Below, in pieces: positions 19,733-29,314 of a stretch of DNA of 64,000 bases (position 1 is the stretch's first letter; each line of letters begins with the position of its first letter). The stretch comes from Candidatus Poribacteria bacterium (GTDB lineage: Bacteria > Poribacteria > WGA-4E > WGA-3G). Position numbers and translations under genes: made by a program. The stretch covers positions 32,001-96,000 of the forward strand of contig CBDBFU010000007.1 in the NCBI GenBank assembly GCA_965205025.1, in the 5' to 3' direction. Below the pieces are notes generated by a model. It saw only the letters and a list, made by a program, of their open reading frames with translations. It was not told the origin of the DNA and searched no databases.

Positions 19733-22306
19733 TTAAATGGTTGTTAATACGGCACTGAGAGCATCCCAGAAAGGATTTTCATTTGTTTCATTATAGAATG
19801 GTAAACCAATCAAACGGAAATCTTTGCTATCAATAGTTAAAAGTTTGTCTTTAAATTCGGCAGTTATCTCTTTCATGAATCTTTCTTTCCATCTGTCAGT
19901 CGGTTGAAGAAATTTACCTTTAGGTTCAACGAAAAATTGAAAACAGACTAATTCTCCTTTTTTCTGTTGAAGGAACAAAGCGAAATCAGGATAAAACGCC
20001 TGCCCATCGGAGAAGTTATAGATTGCAAAGTGCTTCTCGTTGCGAAGAAGATAGATCTCGTTATGATTTACACCTAAGTCCTTAACCTTTCTGATTAATA
20101 GATCAACAAAGGCTTTTTCTTCACTTGTGCCGTAGAGCGCATTAAAGGCATACCAGTTTTCATTTTCAAATTGCCGATCAATAGTTGCGCGTGGGTTACG
20201 TTCGTCAAACTTCAAGAGTTTATCTTTAAAAATATTGTGGATTTGTTTCGGGCGGAAGTGTTTTGTTCCCTGGAATTCAGTTGCTTGTTCTCGAATTTCG
20301 GATTCGATTTGACTTAACAGCCCCTTACATGCTGACAGTTTTACTGAACGATTTTCATCCAAATCGGAGATATTTCCCTTGAAAGTGATTGCCAAACCAC
20401 CCAATAAGTTCTCCGATGTCATAAATTCACGGATAGATGTTAAATGTGGGAAATAGTGTTTGAGCGATGCAAACGTGAAAAACGGATTGTACGCAATTGC
20501 TGTTCTCAGAATATTCTGTTCAATATCACAAATAGGTATGTCCTGTGCATCTTCGTGCTGTTCCGAAGTTGGTGCCTCATTCTCCATAACGGTAGTTTGA
20601 CCTACGAAACCTGTATGCATGATATGCTCGTAGTTTTTCTGTTTCACACTTAGACTTGCCAAGTCGTTAAAGGAGTTAACATGCTGATAATCTGTTGGGG
20701 CCTGATCATTAAGCCAGATAACACCGTATTTATAAAAATTGGTTCTCTTGAATTTATCCTTCAACTTTAGCTTGCGAGTTACAAGGCGTTCGTCCATCAT
20801 GCCTTGTTGAATTAGGGCAGTGCTGATTTCAGAGATGTAGCGCGAATCGTTAATACTATGGTAATGGAGTTCTTCCAACACACGGAGTTCATGGTTTCGT
20901 TCCTCATCAAACTTACGGAGAAACCGATCTGGATAGTCTGGCAGCACAAAAGGAAAATAACGTGCACCGCGTCCAATAAGTTGTGCTTCGGAAATTGTTG
21001 TCTTACCGATTTTACCTTGTCCTGAGTCTCGGGTTTCGTAGCAACGGACAATATCAAATAGGTTCAGTACATCCCAACCTTCATTGAGTTTTTGCACGGC
21101 AAAGATAGCACGGATCGGATTGTTTTTGTCTTCAAGTGTGTTTACCTGTATCTGATAATTTTTCTTTTCATCTTCATCGTTAACTGAGAGGCAGTATGCT
21201 TCCTGAAATTCGTGCTTCAGACGTTGTATCAGTTGTTCAGTGTTTATTCCGTTTTCATTAAAAAAGCGGAATGCCTGTTGAATAATCTCAGACTTTGATT
21301 TCCGAATGACTTGGATTTGGGCATCGGTTAGTCCTTCAATCAGTTTGTGAAAGTTATCCTTGTTTTCTTCTGATTGCGCGATTGTCTTTTGTGCCTTGAA
21401 CAGAATAACTGGTTTTAGGTTAATACCGTTTTTCTCAGCAACCTCCTGCTTATAGTAATTGAGTATGAGTGCTTGCAAGATACGGGAGTCCTGATCTAAA
21501 TCGGAATGCACAAGTTCCACTTCTTTTGAATACTTGTCATTCCGATAATTTATTAGGTCATACTGATAGATAATTTTATTCCGATATTTTTGGACCATCG
21601 CTGGTGTTTCATAATCGTGTGTAGCGGTGAATTCCAACAATAGATTAGCGTCATTGGACGTAAAGATGCGCTGCACCGTGTTTTCCCAACTTTCAAATAA
21701 CTCCATTCCTATTTGTGTCTTTGTGCTAACGTTCATGTGATGTGCTTCATCTGCCAATAACACAATTTGCTGTTCAGCGAAATTCTCATAGGTTAAAGTA
21801 TTTTCTTTTTCCGTTGTCATGTCGGTGTGGAGTTGCTGTATCGTTGTAAAGCAGATATTGATGTCATTTTCGTTGACTCCTTCAAAATTCTCTACTTGCG
21901 TCACTGCTATCGGTTTCCCTTCAAAACGGATGTCTTGACTGAAAAGGTATTTCGCTGTGCGCGGGTTAAGGAAGTTGTCCTTTGTCTTTTCAATGATATT
22001 GGTAGAGTTGACGAAAAAGAGGAAGTTACGATACCCTTTTTCATAGAGGTAGAGAATCAAACCTGCCATGATGAGCGTTTTGCCACTACCAGTTGCCATG
22101 TTGAACAGTAGATGTAGAGGTATTTCCTTCTCCTCAAAATCGTTTTCAAAACAGAGAATAAACCGTGTGAATGCTTCCTCTTGGTAAGGACGGAGTGGGA
22201 AGGTAGGGTTTAGGTTATCTCTTATGTATGCGGGAATTTCGGTGTCTCGAAGGGTTTTCCGTCCGAATTCCTCTAATACTGTTTCGTGTAAGAATTTATT
22301 CTGCAT
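19733..22306 (-). CDS. res: Type III restriction enzyme, Res subunit
   Basis: FNMATGSGKT, LADEAHH, EFTAT and LNEGWDV helicase motifs; C-terminal FYPDF..VEPKG nuclease motif. Confidence 0.9.
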   Translation of the reverse strand: MQNKFLHETVLEEFGRKTLRDTEIPAYIRDNLNPTFPLRPYQEEAFTRFILCFENDFEEKEIPLHLLFNMATGSGKTLIMAGLILYLYEKGYRNFLFFVNSTNIIEKTKDNFLNPRTAKYLFSQDIRFEGKPIAVTQVENFEGVNENDINICFTTIQQLHTDMTTEKENTLTYENFAEQQIVLLADEAHHMNVSTKTQIGMELFESWENTVQRIFTSNDANLLLEFTATHDYETPAMVQKYRNKIIYQYDLINYRNDKYSKEVELVHSDLDQDSRILQALILNYYKQEVAEKNGINLKPVILFKAQKTIAQSEENKDNFHKLIEGLTDAQIQVIRKSKSEIIQQAFRFFNENGINTEQLIQRLKHEFQEAYCLSVNDEDEKKNYQIQVNTLEDKNNPIRAIFAVQKLNEGWDVLNLFDIVRCYETRDSGQGKIGKTTISEAQLIGRGARYFPFVLPDYPDRFLRKFDEERNHELRVLEELHYHSINDSRYISEISTALIQQGMMDERLVTRKLKLKDKFKRTNFYKYGVIWLNDQAPTDYQHVNSFNDLASLSVKQKNYEHIMHTGFVGQTTVMENEAPTSEQHEDAQDIPICDIEQNILRTAIAYNPFFTFASLKHYFPHLTSIREFMTSENLLGGLAITFKGNISDLDENRSVKLSACKGLLSQIESEIREQATEFQGTKHFRPKQIHNIFKDKLLKFDERNPRATIDRQFENENWYAFNALYGTSEEKAFVDLLIRKVKDLGVNHNEIYLLRNEKHFAIYNFSDGQAFYPDFALFLQQKKGELVCFQFFVEPKGKFLQPTDRWKERFMKEITAEFKDKLLTIDSKDFRLIGLPFYNETNENPFWDALSAVLTTI

Positions 22307-22336
22307 TCTCCTGATTTCTTTTAAGAATGATAGGAA

Positions 22337-22827
22337 TTATATAACCCATTTTTCTTTTTTTATTAAATCCACAACTTTGATACATTCAATTTTAAAGTGC
22401 ATGCAAACATCAGGTATTTTTGGTCTTTTTACACTACCCGTAAGGTTTTCCTCGGTTACAACAGTACAATTTTCTGTGATTAGTGCGTAAGCAATACACC
22501 AAGGGTCTGCTCCTGATTTTCCAGACCGACTGTCTACAAGACGCGGGAATTCTGCTAATATCTCACGGACTTTTTCTTGAACAGGTATATCAATTCCTCA
22601 TATAGGTATTGTCTGAATTGATTTTGGTTACACCACTGTTTTATTTCAGGATCTTTCATAGTTTCTTCAAAAACAACTTGTGACATTTTCAACCTATGAC
22701 TTCGAATCAGTTGTTCAATCTTATTCCATAAAGTAGGAAAGGAATTGATTGGATAGTGTTCATGAAATGCAGCGATTGTGGAACTGGTGTCTATGCTATA
22801 GATGTTAACTTCAGACTGATTATTCAT
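22337..22827 (-). CDS. DUF4411-like PIN-fold protein, frameshift near 22580-22600
   Basis: N-terminal YSIDTSS; in the shifted frame ADPWCIAYA..TVVTEE..KIPDVCMHFKIECI; directly downstream of an ImmA/IrrE gene. Confidence 0.75.
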
Positions 22828-23996
22828 TTAAAAATAGAACTTTCAATTTTAGAAAGATGTTTTGTGGCACAATTGGAAAAAACAGATGTTAAATCTGCAA
22901 GTGTAATTTTGTCTTCATAATACGCGCTGAAAGCAGTGCGCGCAAAATACTCTCCAGTAGCGTTAAGTAACCGCGTATGATAATGTGGAAAACCTTTAGG
23001 ATTTTGATCGGTCTCGTTATACTTATTTTGTTGTTCAATTCTAAATGTTTGGTACATTTGTCGTGTGATCTTTTTGAGTGTTAACAACCGTCGCATGATA
23101 ACTTCAATACTAACCCCAAAGTGTTGACATGCTTCGGTTAATAATTTTAAACTGAAGGGAGGTTCTACTATTGTTAGTAGTTCTTTTTCAGGAACTAACA
23201 CTTCTGCTGCAACTTGATTACAGAAGACTTCCACCGGGTCTACATTTTGAAAACTGACATCTTCGTATTTCATATTCTGAATGATACTTTCCCCAAGAGC
23301 AATATGTACTAATTCGTGTAAAATCGTAAAAATTCGTCCATTAGGACTGTCTTGAGAATTTAAAACGATAACGGGAAAAGGTTTTTGTGCAATACAGAAT
23401 CCGCGGAAAGTTTTCAATTCAACAGAAAGGTGTGTGTTAGCAGAAGTTTGACAAACGAGAATCCCTTTTGACTCCACAGTCCGTTTCCAAAACTTCAATA
23501 CTTTATAACGATCCTTGGTTCGTGGGAGTATTTCAGTATTAGTGTTTAGAAATTTCCTTATTTTCTCGGCAGCGCGGATGTATGTTTCATTACGATTGAC
23601 CTTTATTGAGACTTCAGGAAAAGGCATATCTAACAATTCATAAAAGTCAATCAATGTTTCCCGTCTATCAAAAACTTCAAGAATATTCGCTTTCAATCTA
23701 TAGGTCTGCTCATTATCGGGAGCGGTAGTCTGTGGCAATACACGATAGTCTGTAAGTGGGTGAAAATCGGTAGGTGGTTTCGGCAAGTAGAAAATAGAGA
23801 CATGCGTCTTATAGATATTGGCAATCTTCTTTAATTGCGCGAAGGTCGGTTGTTCTTTACCGTCTTCCCAGTCAGTAAGACGTTCTGGGTCAATTTTTAG
23901 TTTTTCTGCCGCCAAATCAAGATCTAAGTTGATACGCCTTTCCCGCGCCCACTTTAGAACTTCTGGCGTAATGAGTGCTTTTACAGATTTAGCCAT
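22824..23996 (-). CDS. XRE-family HTH plus ImmA/IrrE (M78) metallopeptidase
   Basis: N-terminal LKWARE..WEDGKEQPTFAQLKKIA; FTILHELVH zinc motif; EVFCNQVAAEVLVP. Confidence 0.88.
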   Translation of the reverse strand: MAKSVKALITPEVLKWARERRINLDLDLAAEKLKIDPERLTDWEDGKEQPTFAQLKKIANIYKTHVSIFYLPKPPTDFHPLTDYRVLPQTTAPDNEQTYRLKANILEVFDRRETLIDFYELLDMPFPEVSIKVNRNETYIRAAEKIRKFLNTNTEILPRTKDRYKVLKFWKRTVESKGILVCQTSANTHLSVELKTFRGFCIAQKPFPVIVLNSQDSPNGRIFTILHELVHIALGESIIQNMKYEDVSFQNVDPVEVFCNQVAAEVLVPEKELLTIVEPPFSLKLLTEACQHFGVSIEVIMRRLLTLKKITRQMYQTFRIEQQNKYNETDQNPKGFPHYHTRLLNATGEYFARTAFSAYYEDKITLADLTSVFSNCATKHLSKIESSIFK

Positions 23997-24108
23997 AGTA
24001 TTTATTCCTACTAAATTTGAAGAGGGTAAATCAATCACAACTACAACTTAATACTTGATGTGGTGTGTCGTTATGTTATCCGCTAAACGAAACAGAGTCA
24101 GTATAGGG

Positions 24109-24453
24109 TTAATTCCCTTTTGTTATCAGAGCAACGGTAATTGAAACAATACTAAGAATACTGATGCCTGCAATCCACCACAAGCGTTTTACTAACCCTT
24201 TGTGGCAATCCAAAACTCTCTGAATATCTTTTTTCAGGTCAGTCTCAACTTTGAGAATGCTTTCTTTTAGGTCAGTCTCAACTTTGAGAATGCTTTCTTT
24301 TAGGTCAGTCTCAACTTTGAGAATATCTTTTTTCAGGTCAGTCTCAACTTTTTGAATACTATAATTAAGGCGCGCTTCAGCATCTGTCTCCCCCAGAAAT
24401 CGTTTCTTTTTTAAACTCTCAAGTTCTTCATCATTATAATCGTTTTGATTCAA
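24109..24453 (-). CDS. Small coiled-coil protein with 11-aa repeats and C-terminal membrane anchor
   Basis: Four KVETDLK[K/E][D/S]I repeats followed by LWWIAGISILSIVSITVALI. Confidence 0.65.
   Translation of the reverse strand: MNQNDYNDEELESLKKKRFLGETDAEARLNYSIQKVETDLKKDILKVETDLKESILKVETDLKESILKVETDLKKDIQRVLDCHKGLVKRLWWIAGISILSIVSITVALITKGN
24222..24352. repeat. 33-bp coding tandem repeat, about four units
   Basis: AGGTCAGTCTCAACTTT recurs every 33 bp. Confidence 0.85.
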
Positions 24454-24464
24454 CTATGTTCTCC

Positions 24465-25343
24465 TTACGAAATGTAATCCTGGCTATACTTTTCGTCTAA
24501 ATATTGGGCAATACTTTCCAATTCCTTTACTTGTCGGCGTGCAAAGTATCCGAAAATGTAAAGATCTTTTTCTTTGAGGTGAGTATCTATATTGTTGTCA
24601 AAATATGCCTTAATGTGTTTCAGAGAGTAGTCAAGATTTTCGTATATGTCAGATATATTATCATCAGGCTCTCCCCTCTCTTTGAGATCAGATTTAAACT
24701 CATTAACTGAACTTAAGATTGAATCGACATGACCGCCTACCATAAAGGTATGTGGTGATTCTTCGAAAAAGATAGCGTCATATATTTTTTCAAACCAGTA
24801 AGATGTAATGTGAAAGGTATTTGACAGTTTTTTATTTTTAAATTTCCTTCGATGCTTTAATTCTTCATCACGTAAGGTGTTAATTACTCTGTTTAAGATT
24901 TTCCTGAAAATATATTTTTGGTTTGCTATCAAGTCAGGAACTTTAGTGGAGATTGGTACTTTACCGATTTCTTTATTTTTTAAGTGTTCCTTAGTGTCAA
25001 TGCAAATCTGTAGGATATTTTCTAATGATGAATCTTTAGTATATGGAATTTTGAGAGATTCATGGAGTTTTTCAATTGATGTTTGCTGCGCAATAAGAGA
25101 GTCAAGAACATCATAAGCAGGCAAAAACTCTATACCTTTATCAGAACTATCAACGTCTTCATTAAGGAAATCTTCTAAGACTCTTTCTGTATCTTCAATA
25201 TCATCCATGGCATTACATAGTATATGCCACATTGCACGATCTTGTAACAAGATGTGCTGTTTTCGGGGCATATTGATTAAATCTCGGATTTCACTCATTC
25301 GTTCATAGAGAGTATTCTTAATCATTTTATACCTTTCTATCAT
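24465..25343 (-). CDS. Hypothetical protein
   Basis: 292-aa ORF in the same orientation as its neighbours; no motif recognised. Confidence 0.55.
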   Translation of the reverse strand: MIERYKMIKNTLYERMSEIRDLINMPRKQHILLQDRAMWHILCNAMDDIEDTERVLEDFLNEDVDSSDKGIEFLPAYDVLDSLIAQQTSIEKLHESLKIPYTKDSSLENILQICIDTKEHLKNKEIGKVPISTKVPDLIANQKYIFRKILNRVINTLRDEELKHRRKFKNKKLSNTFHITSYWFEKIYDAIFFEESPHTFMVGGHVDSILSSVNEFKSDLKERGEPDDNISDIYENLDYSLKHIKAYFDNNIDTHLKEKDLYIFGYFARRQVKELESIAQYLDEKYSQDYIS

Positions 25344-25755
25344 TGCTTAATGAATTCTTATTTAATGATCCACTAAAAGTTGGTGCTGTAGCATCATGGA
25401 ACAGTCAGAATAGTGAGAGTTAACGTGTGTCGGTTCCACCTAAACCGATTTGAATTAGTATAACATAAGAATTAAAAATTACCAATTCCACCTTAGACTT
25501 AAAATAATACCATCTTTTCATAACATCAGCTAACAATTTCATAAATTTTTCTTTCATTCATCAGTCATTTCCCAATTTCAAACCGTGCAACTATAACCTA
25601 TCATGTTAATATTGAAATTTCACAATTTCTGTGGTGTAATATTATCAATTGCCACGGGCGAAACGCTGCTCCAGGCCGCGTGATTAACGTGCTGCGGTTC
25701 GTACATTCCTATATCTTTGGTAATGGTAACAATGGTAGAATGCAGGCATCAACCG

Positions 25756-28665
25756 TCAATTTTCCAGATCCAACAAATCAAATCTTCCCTCTTGTAGCAA
25801 ATTATCACGCGCTTGGACTGCTTGCTGACATACGCGTTCATCAGTGCTATTGAGTCCCGCATTTAGGATGGTTTTTGCTTCTTCGATCAGAATATAGACA
25901 TTGTCTTTTTTCCCTTTGGTCAACTTAAAGAAGCATTCAACTACTTTTTCGGTATGTTCGGGCAGCATTTCACACAACGTTTTAAAATGTAAACCACAAT
26001 CTTCTACTTGACAAACATCGAGTACTTTTGAATAAGCTTGCAATCTCCATTTAGCCTCTAAACACTTAGCTTGTAACCAAATAGTAAAATATCGGAGTTC
26101 TGTCGATTCTTTCTGTTCAAAACGCCAATTAAAGAATTTTTTTACTCTGGCTTTCATACTTGGATCTAAGTGTTTTCCGGTGTTCCGCAATCGGTGCCCG
26201 ATATCGTTGAACAAATTTGCCCAATGTTCTGGTTTTTTCTCAGTTTGCTGGTAAAATTGTTCAAGTAAACTTTCTTGACCTTTAAGTGGAAACATTTCCC
26301 ACAGATAATAGGTGAAGATATGCTCCCCGAAGACATCAATTGGTTGTCGTGCAAAGTGATCATGCTTTTTGAACTCAGATAAATGCTGTAAGGCAAAATT
26401 GAAATCGTCTTTAAGAATCTCAAATAGTGGCTTAACTGCACCATTACAGAGAACAAAGCTACTAAATGCCGCGTACCACTCTTGGCGTTTACTTTGTGTT
26501 TTCGGAAAAAAATCGGATTTATGTTTAATTGTCCATTTCTCATTGAAACTATAAATTGAACCATAATTCTTACCCAAAATAGCATACTCAGGCGGCGTTA
26601 AGGGATAATCGGTTTCTGATGTAAACCGTTTTTCAAGAATCGTTATTATTTCGGGAACTTCACATTCAGGTTCATGTCTCTGCACCCAGAAACCGAATTT
26701 AATAAGGTCATCTAATGCTCGACTTCGTGTATTATTGACACCTTCCGTTAGTGGATCATTCTTATATAAATTCTGCAGGTGTCTTTTATCCAAGTTCCAA
26801 TCATATTGTGTGCAAAGTATGCCCAAAATCTTAGCAAGTTTTTTTCGGACAGTAATGGGGACATCTGTCTCCTTTTCAAGACATACACCGATAAAGTCCC
26901 CGACTGCTCGTCTTGCAATGGTCCAGCTCTGATTCTCGCGGGATTCATCGCCTTGTGTATAGTCTGAACCGTGCTCACGATCAGGATGTGAAAGCACCCA
27001 TTCGCTGAATGCTAACCATTCGTTGAGTTGGTCAAAGTTCCTTTCCTTTACATGTGCTTGCATTGCATAAATCATTACACGTACATAAATGGGTCTCTCA
27101 ATCTGATGACGATTTTTCATCCAAAACTTTAGTCTGTTAGGATCGGGAATGATTGATTTCCTAAAAATGGTTTGAAATGTGTTGGCAAGTGCTTCAATAT
27201 TAATTTCTACATATTTTTCATTTTCGTAGAATTTATCTTCATCATCCCAAACATTTATGACGTTGAGAAGATTATCATCAGTTAACATTGCAAGTTCTTG
27301 GTGTGAATAAGGGCTACGTTTAGATACAGCAACTGATCGAACCTCTGCTTTAGTAGGGATACAATCCTCATCAAAAATTCGGGAAGTGCCTTCAGTCTCT
27401 AACTCTTGGAGATAGGTTTCATATTTTCCAAATAGTACAGGTGCAAAAGGAGTAAACTGTATTCGATGGCGACGACGTTTATACTGCAGGAAATCCTCAT
27501 CATTAGATTCAATACCAAAAAATTCCACCATCCTCTTTTGGTAATCTATTTTTGATGTTCCTGCAAGAATAGCATCAAAGATTTGTGTTCGTTCTTCTTT
27601 CGTGAGTAAAGTCTCCCCAAAATGCTCGCAAGCACCCCGTATCATCAGTTGGAATTCATAGGAATGATACCATCGATTGTAATATTCAGGAGTTAGAATC
27701 AATTCCAGAATCCACGGTTTGGTTTGTTCACTTGGGTATTTGGCATAAAGATGGTGGCGAAGGCGTTTGAAAATATTCCAATGTTGATTTCGTAAAATTT
27801 TGTTTAATTCCACTATTTCATTTGGTAATTTTTCAAACACTTTTTCGCACGCATAGGTCAGCGTGTGTACAAGTGATTCCTCGGAAGTTCCACCGTCTTT
27901 ACCTGATTTGTAAAGGCAAGGACACCAGGACCAGGAAGCGTCTTTCTCTATATTAAAATCTTGTTTATGTTTTCGTAAATAGATCATATTTGCTGTAGCA
28001 TCAATCAATATACAAGCAACTTTGTAAGGATCCCTTTCGGTTATAGGTCGGATACCTTTCATCATTATATCACGGTATTCCCCAGGGAACATGCGGGGTG
28101 AAGGTACAAGCATAGCATTACTGTCACTTGGATTTTCTATTCTGAGTTTCTGTTTACTCTCTGACTGGGGGTCGGGTGCAAATTTAACCAATATTTTTGC
28201 GAGTTCCAATGCTGCAGATGTCTGATTTTCCTCTGCCCATTGTGCCAATATTTTCCCGAATTTGTGTGTTTGGAGTTGATGTTCCATACCAGCATACTCA
28301 AGTATTTTATCTTTTAGTTTCACCGATTGTTTTCCGGTAAGCTGCAATGCGATATCTAAAATTCCATCATAGACAACTGGGTTATCAACTGTTGGCAGAT
28401 TCACTACTAAATTGATAACTTCATTTGGGAAATCGGTACATACGTTTTTGAGGTATCGAATTTCGGGCCAGTATGGGTATATAACGGTTCCATCATCAAA
28501 TCGTTGGATTTTTGGAGGGTATTTAAAACAGTCCCGTTCGACAAGCGGTTTGAGCCATAATGGATTTTCCAAGCGTGAGAAAAAATACTGGCGCGCAGTT
28601 ATCTTGTTGATTGAGGCAAGTGCCTTATCTATAAGCTCATCGGTTGGCTTCGTCCAAGATTTCAT
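25756..28665 (-). CDS. Large alpha-helical hypothetical protein (969 aa)
   Basis: Long uninterrupted ORF; N-terminal YFFSRLENPLWLKPL..PP..WP..YL; overlaps the upstream gene by 29 nt. Confidence 0.7.
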   Translation of the reverse strand: MKSWTKPTDELIDKALASINKITARQYFFSRLENPLWLKPLVERDCFKYPPKIQRFDDGTVIYPYWPEIRYLKNVCTDFPNEVINLVVNLPTVDNPVVYDGILDIALQLTGKQSVKLKDKILEYAGMEHQLQTHKFGKILAQWAEENQTSAALELAKILVKFAPDPQSESKQKLRIENPSDSNAMLVPSPRMFPGEYRDIMMKGIRPITERDPYKVACILIDATANMIYLRKHKQDFNIEKDASWSWCPCLYKSGKDGGTSEESLVHTLTYACEKVFEKLPNEIVELNKILRNQHWNIFKRLRHHLYAKYPSEQTKPWILELILTPEYYNRWYHSYEFQLMIRGACEHFGETLLTKEERTQIFDAILAGTSKIDYQKRMVEFFGIESNDEDFLQYKRRRHRIQFTPFAPVLFGKYETYLQELETEGTSRIFDEDCIPTKAEVRSVAVSKRSPYSHQELAMLTDDNLLNVINVWDDEDKFYENEKYVEINIEALANTFQTIFRKSIIPDPNRLKFWMKNRHQIERPIYVRVMIYAMQAHVKERNFDQLNEWLAFSEWVLSHPDREHGSDYTQGDESRENQSWTIARRAVGDFIGVCLEKETDVPITVRKKLAKILGILCTQYDWNLDKRHLQNLYKNDPLTEGVNNTRSRALDDLIKFGFWVQRHEPECEVPEIITILEKRFTSETDYPLTPPEYAILGKNYGSIYSFNEKWTIKHKSDFFPKTQSKRQEWYAAFSSFVLCNGAVKPLFEILKDDFNFALQHLSEFKKHDHFARQPIDVFGEHIFTYYLWEMFPLKGQESLLEQFYQQTEKKPEHWANLFNDIGHRLRNTGKHLDPSMKARVKKFFNWRFEQKESTELRYFTIWLQAKCLEAKWRLQAYSKVLDVCQVEDCGLHFKTLCEMLPEHTEKVVECFFKLTKGKKDNVYILIEEAKTILNAGLNSTDERVCQQAVQARDNLLQEGRFDLLDLEN

Positions 28666-29278
28666 TGATACTCCTCATTCTTCCAAATTCGCTTGTTGCA
28701 GCATCGTATAAGAATTGCTCTAATATCTGGAAGTGTTTTTTCACTTCAGAGACCTCAATCTCACTAAAATCACCTTTCTGCAGATGAGCATGTTCATTAA
28801 ACCATCGTCTTGCTTTCTGCCATTCTTGAAAAAAATTCTTACCAATCTTTACTCCATCTTTGTAACCTAAAAAATCACTAAAAAAGAGGCTATTAATAGT
28901 TGCGTCTCTAAGATTGCCTTTTTTGTGTTCATCAATCAGATCTTTTACCTTTTTGCAAATTTCAGTAGGGATTAAATGTTCTTTCGGAGCGTCATCATCT
29001 GAATGAAATCCTTCTTCTCCCCATTCATCTTCCCACTCGTCTTTGAAATCAGCTACAAGTTCTTTATAGTCGACCCATCCCTTATCAATTTCTCTATTAA
29101 CAACTACCTTAACAAGTATGGTCATCAAATCTCTACCTACATGGGATACAAGTGTAATATAACCTGATGATTTTCTGTTGAGTAGATCTACCGCGCCTTT
29201 GTAAGCTTTAGCAAACAACGGTAACTGGAGATTATCGTTTAGCCAGTCATAGATAGTTTGTTGGTTTGATGTTAGCAT
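28637..29278 (-). CDS. Hypothetical protein, possibly HEPN-like
   Basis: SHVGRDL and WFNEHAH segments resemble HEPN/Abi-type domains; weak assignment. Confidence 0.5.
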   Translation of the reverse strand: MLTSNQQTIYDWLNDNLQLPLFAKAYKGAVDLLNRKSSGYITLVSHVGRDLMTILVKVVVNREIDKGWVDYKELVADFKDEWEDEWGEEGFHSDDDAPKEHLIPTEICKKVKDLIDEHKKGNLRDATINSLFFSDFLGYKDGVKIGKNFFQEWQKARRWFNEHAHLQKGDFSEIEVSEVKKHFQILEQFLYDAATSEFGRMRSINEILDEANR

Positions 29279-29314
29279 TATTATACTTCAAAAAACTCTA
29301 TTAATTAAGATGAT

